Shown piece by piece: positions 1 through 11,157 of a DNA stretch of 64,000 nucleotides (positions are counted from its first letter, which is position 1; each line of letters opens with the position of its first letter). A program made the position numbers and the translations under genes. The DNA is from Azolla caroliniana (lineage: Eukaryota; Plantae; Polypodiophyta), in the NCBI GenBank assembly GCA_043228905.1, contig JBHGNT010000006.1, positions 19,716,001 through 19,780,000 of the forward strand, given 5' to 3'. The notes beneath the pieces are model-generated. The model had not been told where the DNA came from. It made no database searches and saw only the letters and a program-made list of their open reading frames with translations.

Positions 1-2751
1 ATCCAAGACTTGCAACCGGTGAACAAGGTCACGATCCGGAACTCGGGAGTCGGTCCGATAGTGGACGAATTCGCGGAAGCTTTTGCCGGACGTGCGATAT
101 ACTCCATCGGGGACCTATACTCGGGGTATGACCAATTCCAACTAGCCGTGGAGAGCCGAGACATCACTACCATGCGGACACCGATAGGACTAGTTCGAAT
201 GTGCACACTACCACAAGGAGCGACAAACTCGGTTGCACATATGATGAACGCGATGAACAAGGTGCTTCGAGATTGCATCCCGGAGATAACGATGCCGTTT
301 CTAGATGACATTCCGATGAAAGGATGCGCGGTGGAAGAAAAAGATGAGACTATGGATGATCGGGGATGCCGAAAGTTCGTGGTCGACCATATTCATGATT
401 GCGAGAAAGTGTTGCGAAAGCTAGAAGATGTGCACCTAACACTTTCCGGGGAGAAATCGGCATTCGGGCAAGAAGAAATATTGGTGGTCGGACATCTATG
501 TGGACCCTACGGCCGAAGACCGTCACCAACAAAGATCGATGCGATTCAAGCTATGAAGGAAGTATGTGAGTCAACATCGGAAGTCCGAAGGTTTCTGGGT
601 GCGTGTGCATTCTATCACATATGGATTCCGCACTATGCACATATAGCGGACCCGCTCTATCACTTGTTGCGGAAAGGTAAGAAATTCGAGTGGAAACCGG
701 AACACACTAAAGCCATGAGGAAGCTCAAGAAGACACTATGGAGGGCGGAATCACTTAAGAAGCCAAGCTACGAGCGGCCAATCATAGTAACGGTTGATAC
801 AAGTCCAACCGGTATCGGGTGGGTCATCAATCAAGCCGACTCGGATGGTTCGCGGTATCCGATCCGATTTGGAGCAAAGGTCCTCAACGAAAGGCAACGC
901 GGATATGCACAAGTCAAAAGAGAATTGTGGGGAGTCGTGTCGGCGATAAAATCGGATCGGGATTATTTGATCGGAGTTGAAGTGGTGATTGAGACGGATT
1001 GTCTTCCGATACTCGGGATGATGCGGTGTTGTACGATACCGGATGTGGCTATGCTAAGGTGGATTGCATATGTCAAGTCACTTAATCCGGAGGTTCGACA
1101 CATCTCGGGGAAGGACAACGCGGTAGCGGACATGTTATCGAGGGCGCGGTTTGAAGACGACATAACCGAATCAGATAATGAAGAAGTTTCCGAAGACTAC
1201 TTCGCGTCAGAACACATATGCCGAGTGAACGTGATCCGAGAATTCCGGGAAGAAGAATACGAGGGGGAAACCTTGATGATCGGGAAGATGCTACAAGAGG
1301 TCGAGGATTCAACCAATGATAAAGAAAGGAGAGCCGAGATCCGAAGGAAGAAGAGGCAAGTCCAAAAGTTCTTCTTGGAAAACGGTTTAATATGGAGGAC
1401 GCCGAAAAGACCGGATGGGATACCACTTCGAGTAGTCGGGACGAAAGAGCAACGAAACCGGATAATGTCCGAGTTCCACGAATCCGATTGGGCTGGACAT
1501 CGAGGAACATGGGCAACTTTTGTGAAAATCAAGCAAAGATATTGGTGGAAGAACATGTATAAAGATGTCGCGGAGTTCACATAAAGCTGCGAGAAATGTC
1601 AAGTCTACTCCGGGGTCCGACACCGAGATGAGCTGCATCCGACATTCTCACCGACAATCAACTTCAAGTGGATGGTCGACATTGTAGCTATGCCGACCGG
1701 GATTGGACAAAAGAAATACTTGGTGTTAGCTCGAGAAGATCTCACAAACCAAGTTGAAGGTCGAGCGCTTCGGAGGAAAACGTGTGCCGCGGTGTGCCAA
1801 TTTCTTTTGGAAGAAGTGTTTTGTAGGTACGGCTGCGTAGGACAAGTGATTGCGGACCGGGGAGAACTCGACTCGGACAAAGCTAGGGGATTCTTCGCCA
1901 AACATGGAGTTCGGTTAACGTTGACAACGGCCTACAATCCGGAGGCCAACGGGAAGATCGAACGAGGACATAGTCCGATCGTGAAAGCACTTGCGAAGGC
2001 ATGCGACGGAAGGGTGAAGGATTGGCCACAAATGCTTCCGTATGCACTATGGGCGGATCGGACGACGCATAGCTCCGTGACCGGTTACATGCCGGCAGAA
2101 CTCATGACCGGACAAGCACCGGTAATGCCAACGGAAACCGCAATCGTGACATGGACAATACTACCGTGGAAGGAAGAGATGAGCCGGGAAGAACTACTAG
2201 CGGTCCGGATACGACAACTGGAGGGAAGACCGAAAGATGTAGCGGAAGCGTCACGCCGACAACAAGAAGCACGGTTCCGGAACAAAAGCCGGTTCGACAC
2301 AAAGCACCGACTACGACCGAGGAGGATTGAAGAAGGAGATTGGGTGATCGTCTATGATAGTAGCTTGGACCATCAACATACAACAATGCGGAAATTCGCG
2401 AAAAGGTGGTTCGGGCCGTACGAGGTTCGGAAGGTCTTCGACAACGGGACGTACCGACTGTCCGAGTTGGATGGAACAATACTACGAGTACCTATAGCCG
2501 GGAAGCGGGTGAAGATTTTCAAGAAGCGGACCGACAACAAACCTTATGTGATCCAAGTCGAGGCCGACAACGAGGAGCAATCGGACGAAGACCACAATGA
2601 TGCGGGAAGCGAAGAAAGTGGATTGCAACTCATAGTTGACATAAGGGGAGAATCGGAGGAAGCTTCGGATGAAGACGGATACGAAGAATCAAGAACTTCG
2701 GCACATACCGGAGGATGTGCGGGTTTGGAGGGGGCGAGTGTCGTAGTGTAG
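1..2751 (+). pseudogene. Gypsy pol (RT-RH-INT) with one in-frame stop at 1582-1584; acidic tail, no chromodomain, stop lies inside the LTR
   Basis: ORFs 10..1584 and 1672..2751 share a frame; the intervening codons read SCEKCQ...HRDELHPTF, completing the integrase zinc finger. Confidence 0.9.
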
Positions 2752-3567
2752 GTTGCACACTATGTGGAAATTATATTTTTGTCCCTCCGGATAAAGAATG
2801 GAGTGCTCGGTGAGAACCGGAAGAAAACGGCATATCGGCGAGGAGGAAAAACGGCATACCGGCAAGGAGGAAAACGGCATACCGGCAAGGAAGAAAACGG
2901 CATACCGGCAAGGAGGAAAACGGATAAAGAGACATAAATGTAAAAAGAAAGGAAATACTCACTACTGCGCAAGGCGTGATTCGAACTCTGCACCTCCACG
3001 TTGACAAACCCCAACCTTACCATTACATTAACTTATCTTAAGTGTTTTAAATATAGATTTAATACGTATAAGACCTTTATTTATGCATACCTTTATTAAA
3101 AGGTAAATCGTGTATTTTTTTAATATATGAAAAAGAAAAAACACGAGACACTAAAAATAACTCATGCACATCTAGCGTGCATGAGCCCTATACTTAGGAA
3201 ATAAAAAAGCATCACATGCACATTTAGTGGACATGAACACTTTTTGTAAAAAGCATGTAGCTATGCTTAGTCTCTCCCATCACTATATAAGGATGGGGAG
3301 CACATTGTAGTTGTTGTTGATTATTTGGATTAAGTATTAATCAATACAAAATTTATTCGTGGGATTCACGATTTATACATCTACGTCTCTCTTAACACCC
3401 TAAGTACCAATTAATATAGTATACTCGTGTGATTCACGAGTTTCTTATCTTTCTCTTTGCTATTTACTCATAATTAATCTCTATCTCACGAACTTCTTTC
3501 TCCTAGTCCAAGACCTCTGTGGTTCCCACCCGACTCACGCAACGATCTGGAGCCGAAAGGCACGACA
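2739..3567 (+). repeat. 3' LTR of element A (829 bp) with a 23-24 bp tandem repeat (AAAACGGCATACCGGCAAGGAGG, 4-5 copies, about 2822-2925)
   Basis: TGTCGT/ACGACA termini directly after the PPT; similar to the inverted LTR at 4163-4907. Confidence 0.9.
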
Positions 3568-4907
3568 CCGTTCGCACCGTCATCATCTTTGAGTTCGATC
3601 CCAATGTCCATCCTTTCTTTCCGATCGATCGATCTTACGAACATTAAGACTTTATCTTCTCCCACCAATCTTCGTTCCCGCTCCGAGAGTCGAGCAAAAC
3701 GATGCTCGAACTCTAGGAACGCTTGCGTTGCACTTCGGTGAGTCTTCTCCGACGCCACCCATTCGTCGAATTCTCGTCGATCTCGTCCCGTCCATCTCTC
3801 ATAGTCATATGCCTCCCGTAAAGCTTCTTCAAAGGACTCCCATGTCGAGTTTTGTTGTTGTATCTTGTGGATTCTCTCTTGTAGTTCGTCCGAGGCCACC
3901 CGACTAAAGGATATCACTTGCAATCCTTCCGGTATCCGATATTGCATCATCTCCGCCTTATATTCACGTAGGTAGCGTGACACACCCTTACCGTTGAATT
4001 CCCCGTTTTGTTGTACGAGCCGCTTTACTGCCCCCGTGATCTCCGACATCGCTCGTTGTTCTTGTAGCATCCGCTCGAACATCATTATCATCATTATGCT
4101 CATTGCCTCTTGTTGATTCTCCATCTCCTTGCCACCCGTCTTCACGTCGGGTTCACCAACTGTGTCGTGCCTTTCGGCTCCGGATCGTTTGCGTGAGTCG
4201 GGTGGGAACCACTGAGGTTTTGGACTAGGAGAAAGAAGAATATGAGATGAGGCTAGTAATGAATATAAATATGTTGTAAGAAAGAGTTATAGCAAACTCG
4301 TGAATCCCACGAGTGTATTGTATTAGATTAATCAATATGAATATAAGAATATAAACTTCGGTTGAAAGAGAATGATATAGAATTCTCGTGAATCCCACGA
4401 GTATAGTTTATTAATTGGTGTTTTTTAGAAACATATCTAGTTTCCAAATATTTTTCACACACAATTACATTGTGCTCCCCATCCTTATGTAGTGATGAGG
4501 AAGTCTTAGTAATCCATGCTTTTTTTCTCTAACTATAGACCCCATGCTTTTCCTATAGATAGACTATATGCTTTATCTAAAGTGATCATGCTTTTTCTAA
4601 CTTGTGCGTTTTTTATCATGCACGCTAGATGTGTATGTGTAGCTTTTTCTTTTGTTATGCGTTTTTCTAATGTTTATCCTAGCGTGAATTTACCTTTCTA
4701 TGTGGGACATCTATGCTTTAACACTAATGAAATGCTAGTGTAATGGTAAGACATTACATTATTAACATGGAGGTGCAAGGTTCGAATCTTGCCCTATGCA
4801 TGTTTCATTTATTTTGCTATTTTCTTCTATTTCTTCATTTTTTATTGAATCTAATACTATATACGTTTTTCACGTTTTTCACGTAGTGTACAAAATACAC
4901 TACGACA
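3568..4907 (-). mobile_element. Gypsy element B: 5' LTR (4163-4907), tRNA-Trp PBS (4142-4158) and gag N-terminus interrupted by element A
   Basis: LTR TGTCGTAGTG...CACGACA on minus strand; PBS TGGTGAACCCGACGTGA; gag ORF 3486..4145 breaks at DDDGANG into the LTR of A; homologous to gag at 26298. Confidence 0.9.
4729..4800 (+). promoter_or_regulatory. tRNA-like Pol III A-box/B-box module inside the LTR (homologous copy at 2966-3037 on minus strand)
   Basis: TAGTGTAATGG (4736-4746) and GGTTCGAATCT (4779-4789) at tRNA spacing; present in both related LTRs. Confidence 0.55.
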
Positions 4908-5609
4908 CCGCCGCCTTCCATTTTCTGTGTTACCGTCGCTCTGATACCACTTTGTTAAACACAGTGCTCGGCCACAACCGAGGAATAGGATCAACTCACA
5001 GAAAACAGGAAATACAAAAAAAAATGCACCAAGACAATAGAGAGAAGAGTACACAGGATATTTTACGTGGAAAACCCTAAGTGGGAAAAACCACGGGAGT
5101 CCTCAAACTCCAACTATCACTATACACAGAGATGTATAATGGTGAAGCTACAAGGCAACAACCTTGAGCTCACTGTCTTCGCCACAGGCGGCGGTAATAC
5201 ACAGAGGCAACGACCTCTTCGTCTCTCTCTCTCTCTCTCTCTCTCTCGGCTGCTCACTTAGCTCCCACTAAGTGGAAAAACAGAAAAATGAGTAACAACA
5301 ACAAAAAAAAAAAAAAAAACTGTTTGCCCTAAGTCATATTTATACACATATGACTTTCGGGCTATTTACAAATATAGCCTCGAGGGCCCTTGGCAAACAT
5401 ATTCACAAATATGTCCCCGCATCCGGATCTCTCTCCGGGTACATTCGTCATCCGGCTCCGTAGCCGGGTCTTCATCATCCGGTTCCGAAACCGGGTCTTC
5501 ATCATCCGGTTCCGTAACCGGGTCTTCATCATCTGGTTCCGTAACCGGGTCTTCATTCCCGATTCCCGGACATCTGACCATCCCATCCGGAGGGACCGTA
5601 ATCCCAACA
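4908..5609 (-). mobile_element. Ty1/Copia element C: 5' LTR (4953-5609), tRNA-iMet PBS (4938-4949) and first gag codons; LTR has a 27-bp tandem repeat (about 5446-5570)
   Basis: TGGTATCAGAGC PBS on minus strand; TG...CA LTR similar to the LTRs at 13190 and 15837; gag ATGGAAGGCGG cut by element B. Confidence 0.85.
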
Positions 5610-8600
5610 AAGGTTTGGATGCCACAAGCTTTGGCCATCATCTACTTGAACTTGGAAGCCGACACAGGATGATCATATATAATGGCTTAGCCAAGTGGCC
5701 AGGCTCGGAAGCGCTCACATGTTTCCCACATGGAAGAGGGGAAAGCACAATTGATTACCTAATAGGACGCCCTGAAGCTACCCACATGGTTAACTCCTTC
5801 CGGGTGGCCCCATGCCCCATTGGTGCAGACCATAGCTTCCTATACTTTGAGCTAAAATGCGACACCTCCCACGCCACCAACTCTAGTCAACCAAACCATC
5901 ACACCATAATACATTTCACGCATGAGCTCACTGACATCTACTCCCGACATGTTCAAGCCCATCTCTCCTCTTTTGATTATTCCTTGCATTTAGAGAACCT
6001 CACTACAGAACTCGCACACACCCTTCACTCAGCAGCAATTAGTAGTTTCCCATACACAAAACACTCCAATCATAGTAGAATAGGGTCTATGCCACAGAAC
6101 AAGTGGTATGACGAGGATTGTAGGGAGTTGTATAGACAACTTAAAGGGTCGCGACTTAGTGGTACTATTTCCTCAGTACAAGTTCGAAAAGATATGCGCA
6201 AGATGACACGTCGTAAAAGATGAGCTTGGGAAGCATCCCAATATTGGGAACTCTACCATATGCTCATGAGTAGGGATTGCTCCCTTGCATGGAAAAGACT
6301 ACAGGAACCACGACCACAAACACCCATCGAGGATCCCAATATTTGGCACACATATATCGAGAGACTCTACCATGTCCCAAACCAACCACCCATTCCAATG
6401 CCTTCCACACCCCGACCTAACATGGGGACACTTTTCACAACCTCTAGGGTCACGAAGGTCATAAAAAAATTACAACATAGGAAATCCATGGACCACACAG
6501 GATTGCGAGCCGAGCACATCATATATACTCGAGAGTGCCTACCCCCCTTTCTCACTCTAATCTTCAACCGCGCCCTCGCCAAGGGTTTTCCACCACAATG
6601 GACCATGTACACAATGGCCCTTATACATAAAGGAGGGGACCCAAATACATATTAGACCATTATGATAGGTCATACGCTCGCTAAACTATATGGTGCAGTA
6701 ATGGAAGTGGAGCTCAACGATTATATGGAAACATTAAGTCTTCGAGCACCTGAGCAGGCTGGCTTTAGACAAATCTTCTCCACTATTGACCATATCTTCA
6801 CACTTAGGTGGTTAATTGACTAGATGAAGGATCGTAAGAAGAAACTATATTGTTGCTTTATGGACTTCCGCAAAGCCTTTGACACAGTTCCTAGGGAGAA
6901 GTTGTTTGATGGACTTAAGAGCTTGGAGATACCAAATGACATGATCTGGGCCATTTATGCCCTATATGAGCAAGTCTCTGGGTGTGTAAGATGCCCAGGT
7001 GCCTGTCCGATTGTTTCACTAGCACCATTGGTGTAAAAAAGGGTTGCCCCCTATCACTGACTCTTTTTGGGATCTACATTGATGAGATCACTGATTTTAT
7101 TTCTCGTATGGGAGGCAAGGGAGTAGCTATTGGGGATACGCAAGTTAGTCTCTTACTCTACGCAGATGACATTGTCTTGCTCTCGGAGTCGGAACACGAC
7201 CTACAAAAGCATCTTAATGCCCTAGATGACTTTTGTACACAATGAGGACTAGTAGTGAATCTAGCAAAAACTAAAGTCCTTATCTTTCATACATCGTCCC
7301 GAGTTAGGAGTAAATGTCACCTAATCCTCTCTCATAAACTAGTTGAGGTAGTTGGATCATAGGTATACTTGGGAGTCACTTTTAGTGCTCGCTCAGGTAA
7401 ATTCTCGATAACCCATGCAGCCAAAGATAGGTTAACGAGAGGGTATGCATCCCTCTCACTCTTAGAGAGACAATGCCACTAGGCATTCTTTCAAGAGCCA
7501 CGGACCAAGGGATGGCTCTTCGACTCATTAGTGACCCCTTCCCTCATGTATGCATCAGTAGTATGGGCTCCGGTCCGGGTCTACCATCTTTCATGTGGAC
7601 ACAATTAGAGAAACCTTTGGTGACGATGTTATCACGTCAACTCCGAAGCAAATTGACAGTACTACATGACATTATTATAGCAGAGTTCAGTCTGCCCCCG
7701 ATGTTAGTAGAAGCATTGTTTCAAGTGGTAGTTTTTATTCATCGGATACATAGCCAACCACAAGATAGGATATCCCGTCGAGCCTTTGAGGCATCCCGAT
7801 CCCTACATGTGTCTGGAGACACTAGCTCTTGGTATAGCACTGTGGTGAGTTGGTTACTTGCAAACGGCATAGACATTAATAACCTACCCCCCCTTAAAGT
7901 ACAACCATGGGACTGATCAAACTCTAATATCTCATGAAGACCGTAATAAAGTGATACGCCAAGAAATATGGCAAATTTACACTTGATATAAATGGATCAC
8001 CCCATGAGAGCCACTCCCATCTACAATGTTTTACTATAAGGGACACTTATTACACTTCTCTCAGTTAGGTTTTATTACACGACCAAGATATCTAGATACA
8101 TTCTTATCAAATGCACTAAGGGTGGCCATTTGACAACTTAGGATATCATCTCACCAACTTGAGATTGAGAATGCTCGGGCTAATAGAGTCCGTAAGGAGG
8201 AAACGCTATGTAGGTTGTGCCACATAGAGATAGAGGATGAGTATCACTTCACATGCAAGTGCCCAACTTATGCCGAGATACAAGTGGAATACCAAGACAT
8301 ATTAGGACCCTCTCCCACCCTCTCCAAACTATTAGATACCCCAAATATAAAGAGATTAGGTAGGTATATCTTAGAGCTAAAACAACATAGGGAGAATAAA
8401 TTACAAAGTGTTAATCATAACCCTTTTACTATTCATCAACTTGTAACTAGTGTAATTTTTCAGGAACAAGGGGAGACGATGAATTTGGATACACTTACGC
8501 CGCTCGGCCTTTCTCTTGAGGAAGCCGAAATGCAAAGAACAACCAAACGCCCTCAGATGTTGGGCTTCAAAACAAGTCGACACGGAGTAGAAAGGATTAA

Positions 8601-8900
8601 GAAGATAAGGGAATGTGAGCTACGTCGACTAGAAGCTATGTTTGGGGTACCTTTTACATTGGGGCCACGGGCCACATCCACATCAAAACCCTTTGACCTC
8701 CCGCTTCTCTTCGAGAGACTTGGATGGAAATGAAATTAGGCCTAGTATAACATCATTTTCATTGTAGAACATGTTTGTTATTTTATTTTACTAGAACTAT
8801 TTAGCTTAAAACTCTATTTTTATTTTTATTTTTTACTTTCATGAATGGGTAAATATCCCATTTTTTGTTGTAAACCATTTGTCTCATGGGCCAATTTTGG
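5610..8900 (+). mobile_element. Decayed non-LTR retrotransposon (LINE) ORF2: APE C-terminus, RT and C-terminal Cys/His motif
   Basis: STIDYLIG...ADH (APE); FMDFRKAFDTV, GVKKGCPLS, LLYADDIVL, VNLAKTK (RT); LRISSHQLEIE...CRLC...EDEYHFTCKCPTY; several stops and frameshifts; 5' side interrupted by Copia C. Confidence 0.9.
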
Positions 8901-8902
8901 CC

Positions 8903-9560
8903 TTAGAAGACATTAATATATCTTTCTTTCTCCATCGCGACAACCAATGTTGCTCTCTCTAAATCAAACTTTGTTCCCTCTAATGTCTCACAGGCTTCAT
9001 GGACATTTTTCAACATATAGCTAATCAATGTCTCACCTATATCATCGACATTGTCTTTCATTGTGTTTCGGTGTGGTGTATAATTCCGGGTTTGTTGGGA
9101 GTCAGGAGTTGCATCATCAACTGCCATGGTCCAAAATCTTGCCATTTTTTGTTGCAAGGTCCCCATCTTCCGGCATCTCTACCAATGCCTCACCATAAAT
9201 AGCCCAAGCTACCCTGTACATTTCAGGGTTTGTTTCTTCCTTCATTGTTTTGCAATACTCGTATGCAAAAGCTCTTGTGAATGCAACGGACAACTCATTG
9301 TTAACTGGGATCTCTTGATGTACTTTCTGGTGGAACCTCATACAGTCTTCATACAACTCAGATCATACATGCTTGCGCTTCACCTTGCCTTTCACTCTGG
9401 GCACTTTATAGACTGACAACCAGTCTACATCACTAATCAATTTATCTGTTAGAACAGTAGGGTCAATACCCTCTAGCAACAGACCATATATGTTGTTAAA
9501 GTCCTCTTTTGACTTACAAAACTTTGCAAAGTTTAGCACTCTAGGATATGGAGGAACGAG
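8903..9560 (-). pseudogene. Decayed ORF of unknown function, probably a TE accessory protein
   Basis: About 215 codons (PPYPRVLNFAKF...ELSVAFTRAFAYEY...YRVAWAIYGE...) joined across one stop and one frameshift; acceptor-like TTTTATTTTAG at about 9565-9575. Confidence 0.45.
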
Positions 9561-9789
9561 CTACCTAAAATAAAAAATCAATACATGTTACCTCTACTCT
9601 ACTGGGACATGTGTATTTAGAACCATGATTGGTAGGGAAGAATAAAAAATAAATAATCAGCCACATTCACCCAAATCCTAAATCAAATTTGGGGGAAATT
9701 TGCAAACACACAACCATTGAAATGAGAAATTTGAATTGGTGCAAATTCCAACACTAAATTTGAAATTTTCAATAGTAATAAAAAATCAA

Positions 9790-9950
9790 CCGCTTAAAAA
9801 ATCAGAAACCCTATGTAGAAACCTTAATCAGAAACCATAATCAGAAATCAACCTCTTAAGGAAATCAAAAACCGTAATTAGAAATCAAACACTTAAGGAA
9901 ATTAGAAACCTTAATCATAAATCAACTGTTTAAGGAATCAGGAACCTTAA
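9790..9950. repeat. Degenerate ~37-bp tandem repeat (AATCAGAAATCAAC..TTAAGGAAATCAGAAACCTT), about 4 copies
   Basis: Recurrent aatcagaaatcaac/ttaagga/gaaacc blocks. Confidence 0.6.
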
Positions 9951-10561
9951 CCTGAAATATGTATGAAATCAACCCTAATCAAATTTTTTGTCAATAAAAA
10001 ACGCACTTGCTGCAACACCCCAATCTTTGAGACATCCTTGTTTGGGACTCCAACGACTTTGCCCTAATCGTTTTTTATAAAAGATGAGCAGGCAACAAAG
10101 TTAAAGTTATCAGAAAGGGAAAAAAAAAAGTTTTTTAATGTGTAACTGATACATACCTAGACGAGGATCGAATTGGTGGTGTGTTGTAGCTCTGAAGGTG
10201 TAATGTCAATATTAGAGTTTTTGTGCTGCTACGAGAGCTTCGTCTGCATTCATGCTTAGAGTACTCCATCTGTTTGGATTTTGAACTCAAACTCAGGATT
10301 AACAAGAATTTGGTGACATTCAAGTTAAGTTTAGATGAGGGCACTATTCCCCAAGTTCCACTACATGAGAAACGAAAGTTCAAATTTTTGAGAATTCTCA
10401 TAAATTAAATGACATATATTTAACTAATAAAGCATAAAATTTCGCAAATGATCCTTATGATTTGCCCACAAAAAACTAGTTAAACAAATAGCTAAATAGC
10501 TATGGCCATTTTACCAACTAATTAGCTATATAATAGTGTTTCCACTTGCATGCTTTTACCC

Positions 10562-10955
10562 TATTAGATATAATATATGTATAGCAGAGAACGAATCCGA
10601 GCAGACTATAAATAACGACATACATAGAGTAGTTGATACAATAGATACATTAACTACCAAAACTTATATTAATCAAAATAGAACGATAACATTACAATGC
10701 TCTTAGTCCCTTTTTATAAGTGATCCGAGAGTCTCTCTTCCAATATTACACATGCCTTCTTCGGCAAGAACTACAACAAAATTGTTCTAACTAAATTACT
10801 ATATTATTTGTTTACTTGGCAAAATTATATTAATTCTATTTTAATTTTTTCCTTGCTCTTCTGACTTCTGACTCTTGTTCACATTGTTGACTCCGCACTT
10901 TGTTGACTTCGACTCTGACTCTCTTTCACACTTGTCCGACTCCAACCTTCCGACA
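10562..10955. mobile_element. Possible solo-LTR remnant
   Basis: Ends in CCGACA exactly where the coding-like fragment begins; left terminus and TSD not verified. Confidence 0.3.
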
Positions 10956-11157
10956 CTAGGTAGCGGACGGGCTAACACAACCATGGGACAATGCCTTGCA
11001 CGGTCGAACCCTACCCTTTAATCTTGGACAAGATCTCCTCAGGTTTGTCGGCTTCGTCATCGTCACTTACCTCTTTGTTCAAGATGTCAAACAATGTTGG
11101 TTCTTCCACTCGAGCATCGATGTCGGTCGTATGATGCTCCTATTTCGGCCGTCACGT

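Larger units (their letters stand above)
1..3567 (+). mobile_element. Ty3/Gypsy LTR retrotransposon (element A), 3' part: RT-RNaseH-integrase, PPT and 3' LTR
   Basis: RT motifs (DLYSGYDQ, LPQGATNS, FLDDIP), RNase H (VTVDTS...ETDCLP), integrase HHCC/DDE and GPY motif in Gypsy order; PPT GGAGGGGGCGAG then LTR TGTCGT...ACGACA at 2739-3567. Confidence 0.95.

Noticed and set aside
4142-4158. tRNA-Trp gene
   Set aside because: Only the 3' 17 nt including CCA are present next to an LTR, so it is a primer-binding site (same at 32652)
4729-4800. Functional tRNA gene
   Set aside because: Acceptor and anticodon stems do not pair; kept only as a tRNA-like promoter relic
5390-6223. 277-aa ORF as a novel repeat-containing gene
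   Set aside because: Chimera of an antisense Copia LTR 27-bp repeat and the LINE endonuclease across the junction at 5609
9800-9980. Interstitial telomere repeats
   Set aside because: Only isolated AAACCCTA-like words within a 37-bp repeat; no (TTTAGGG)n array
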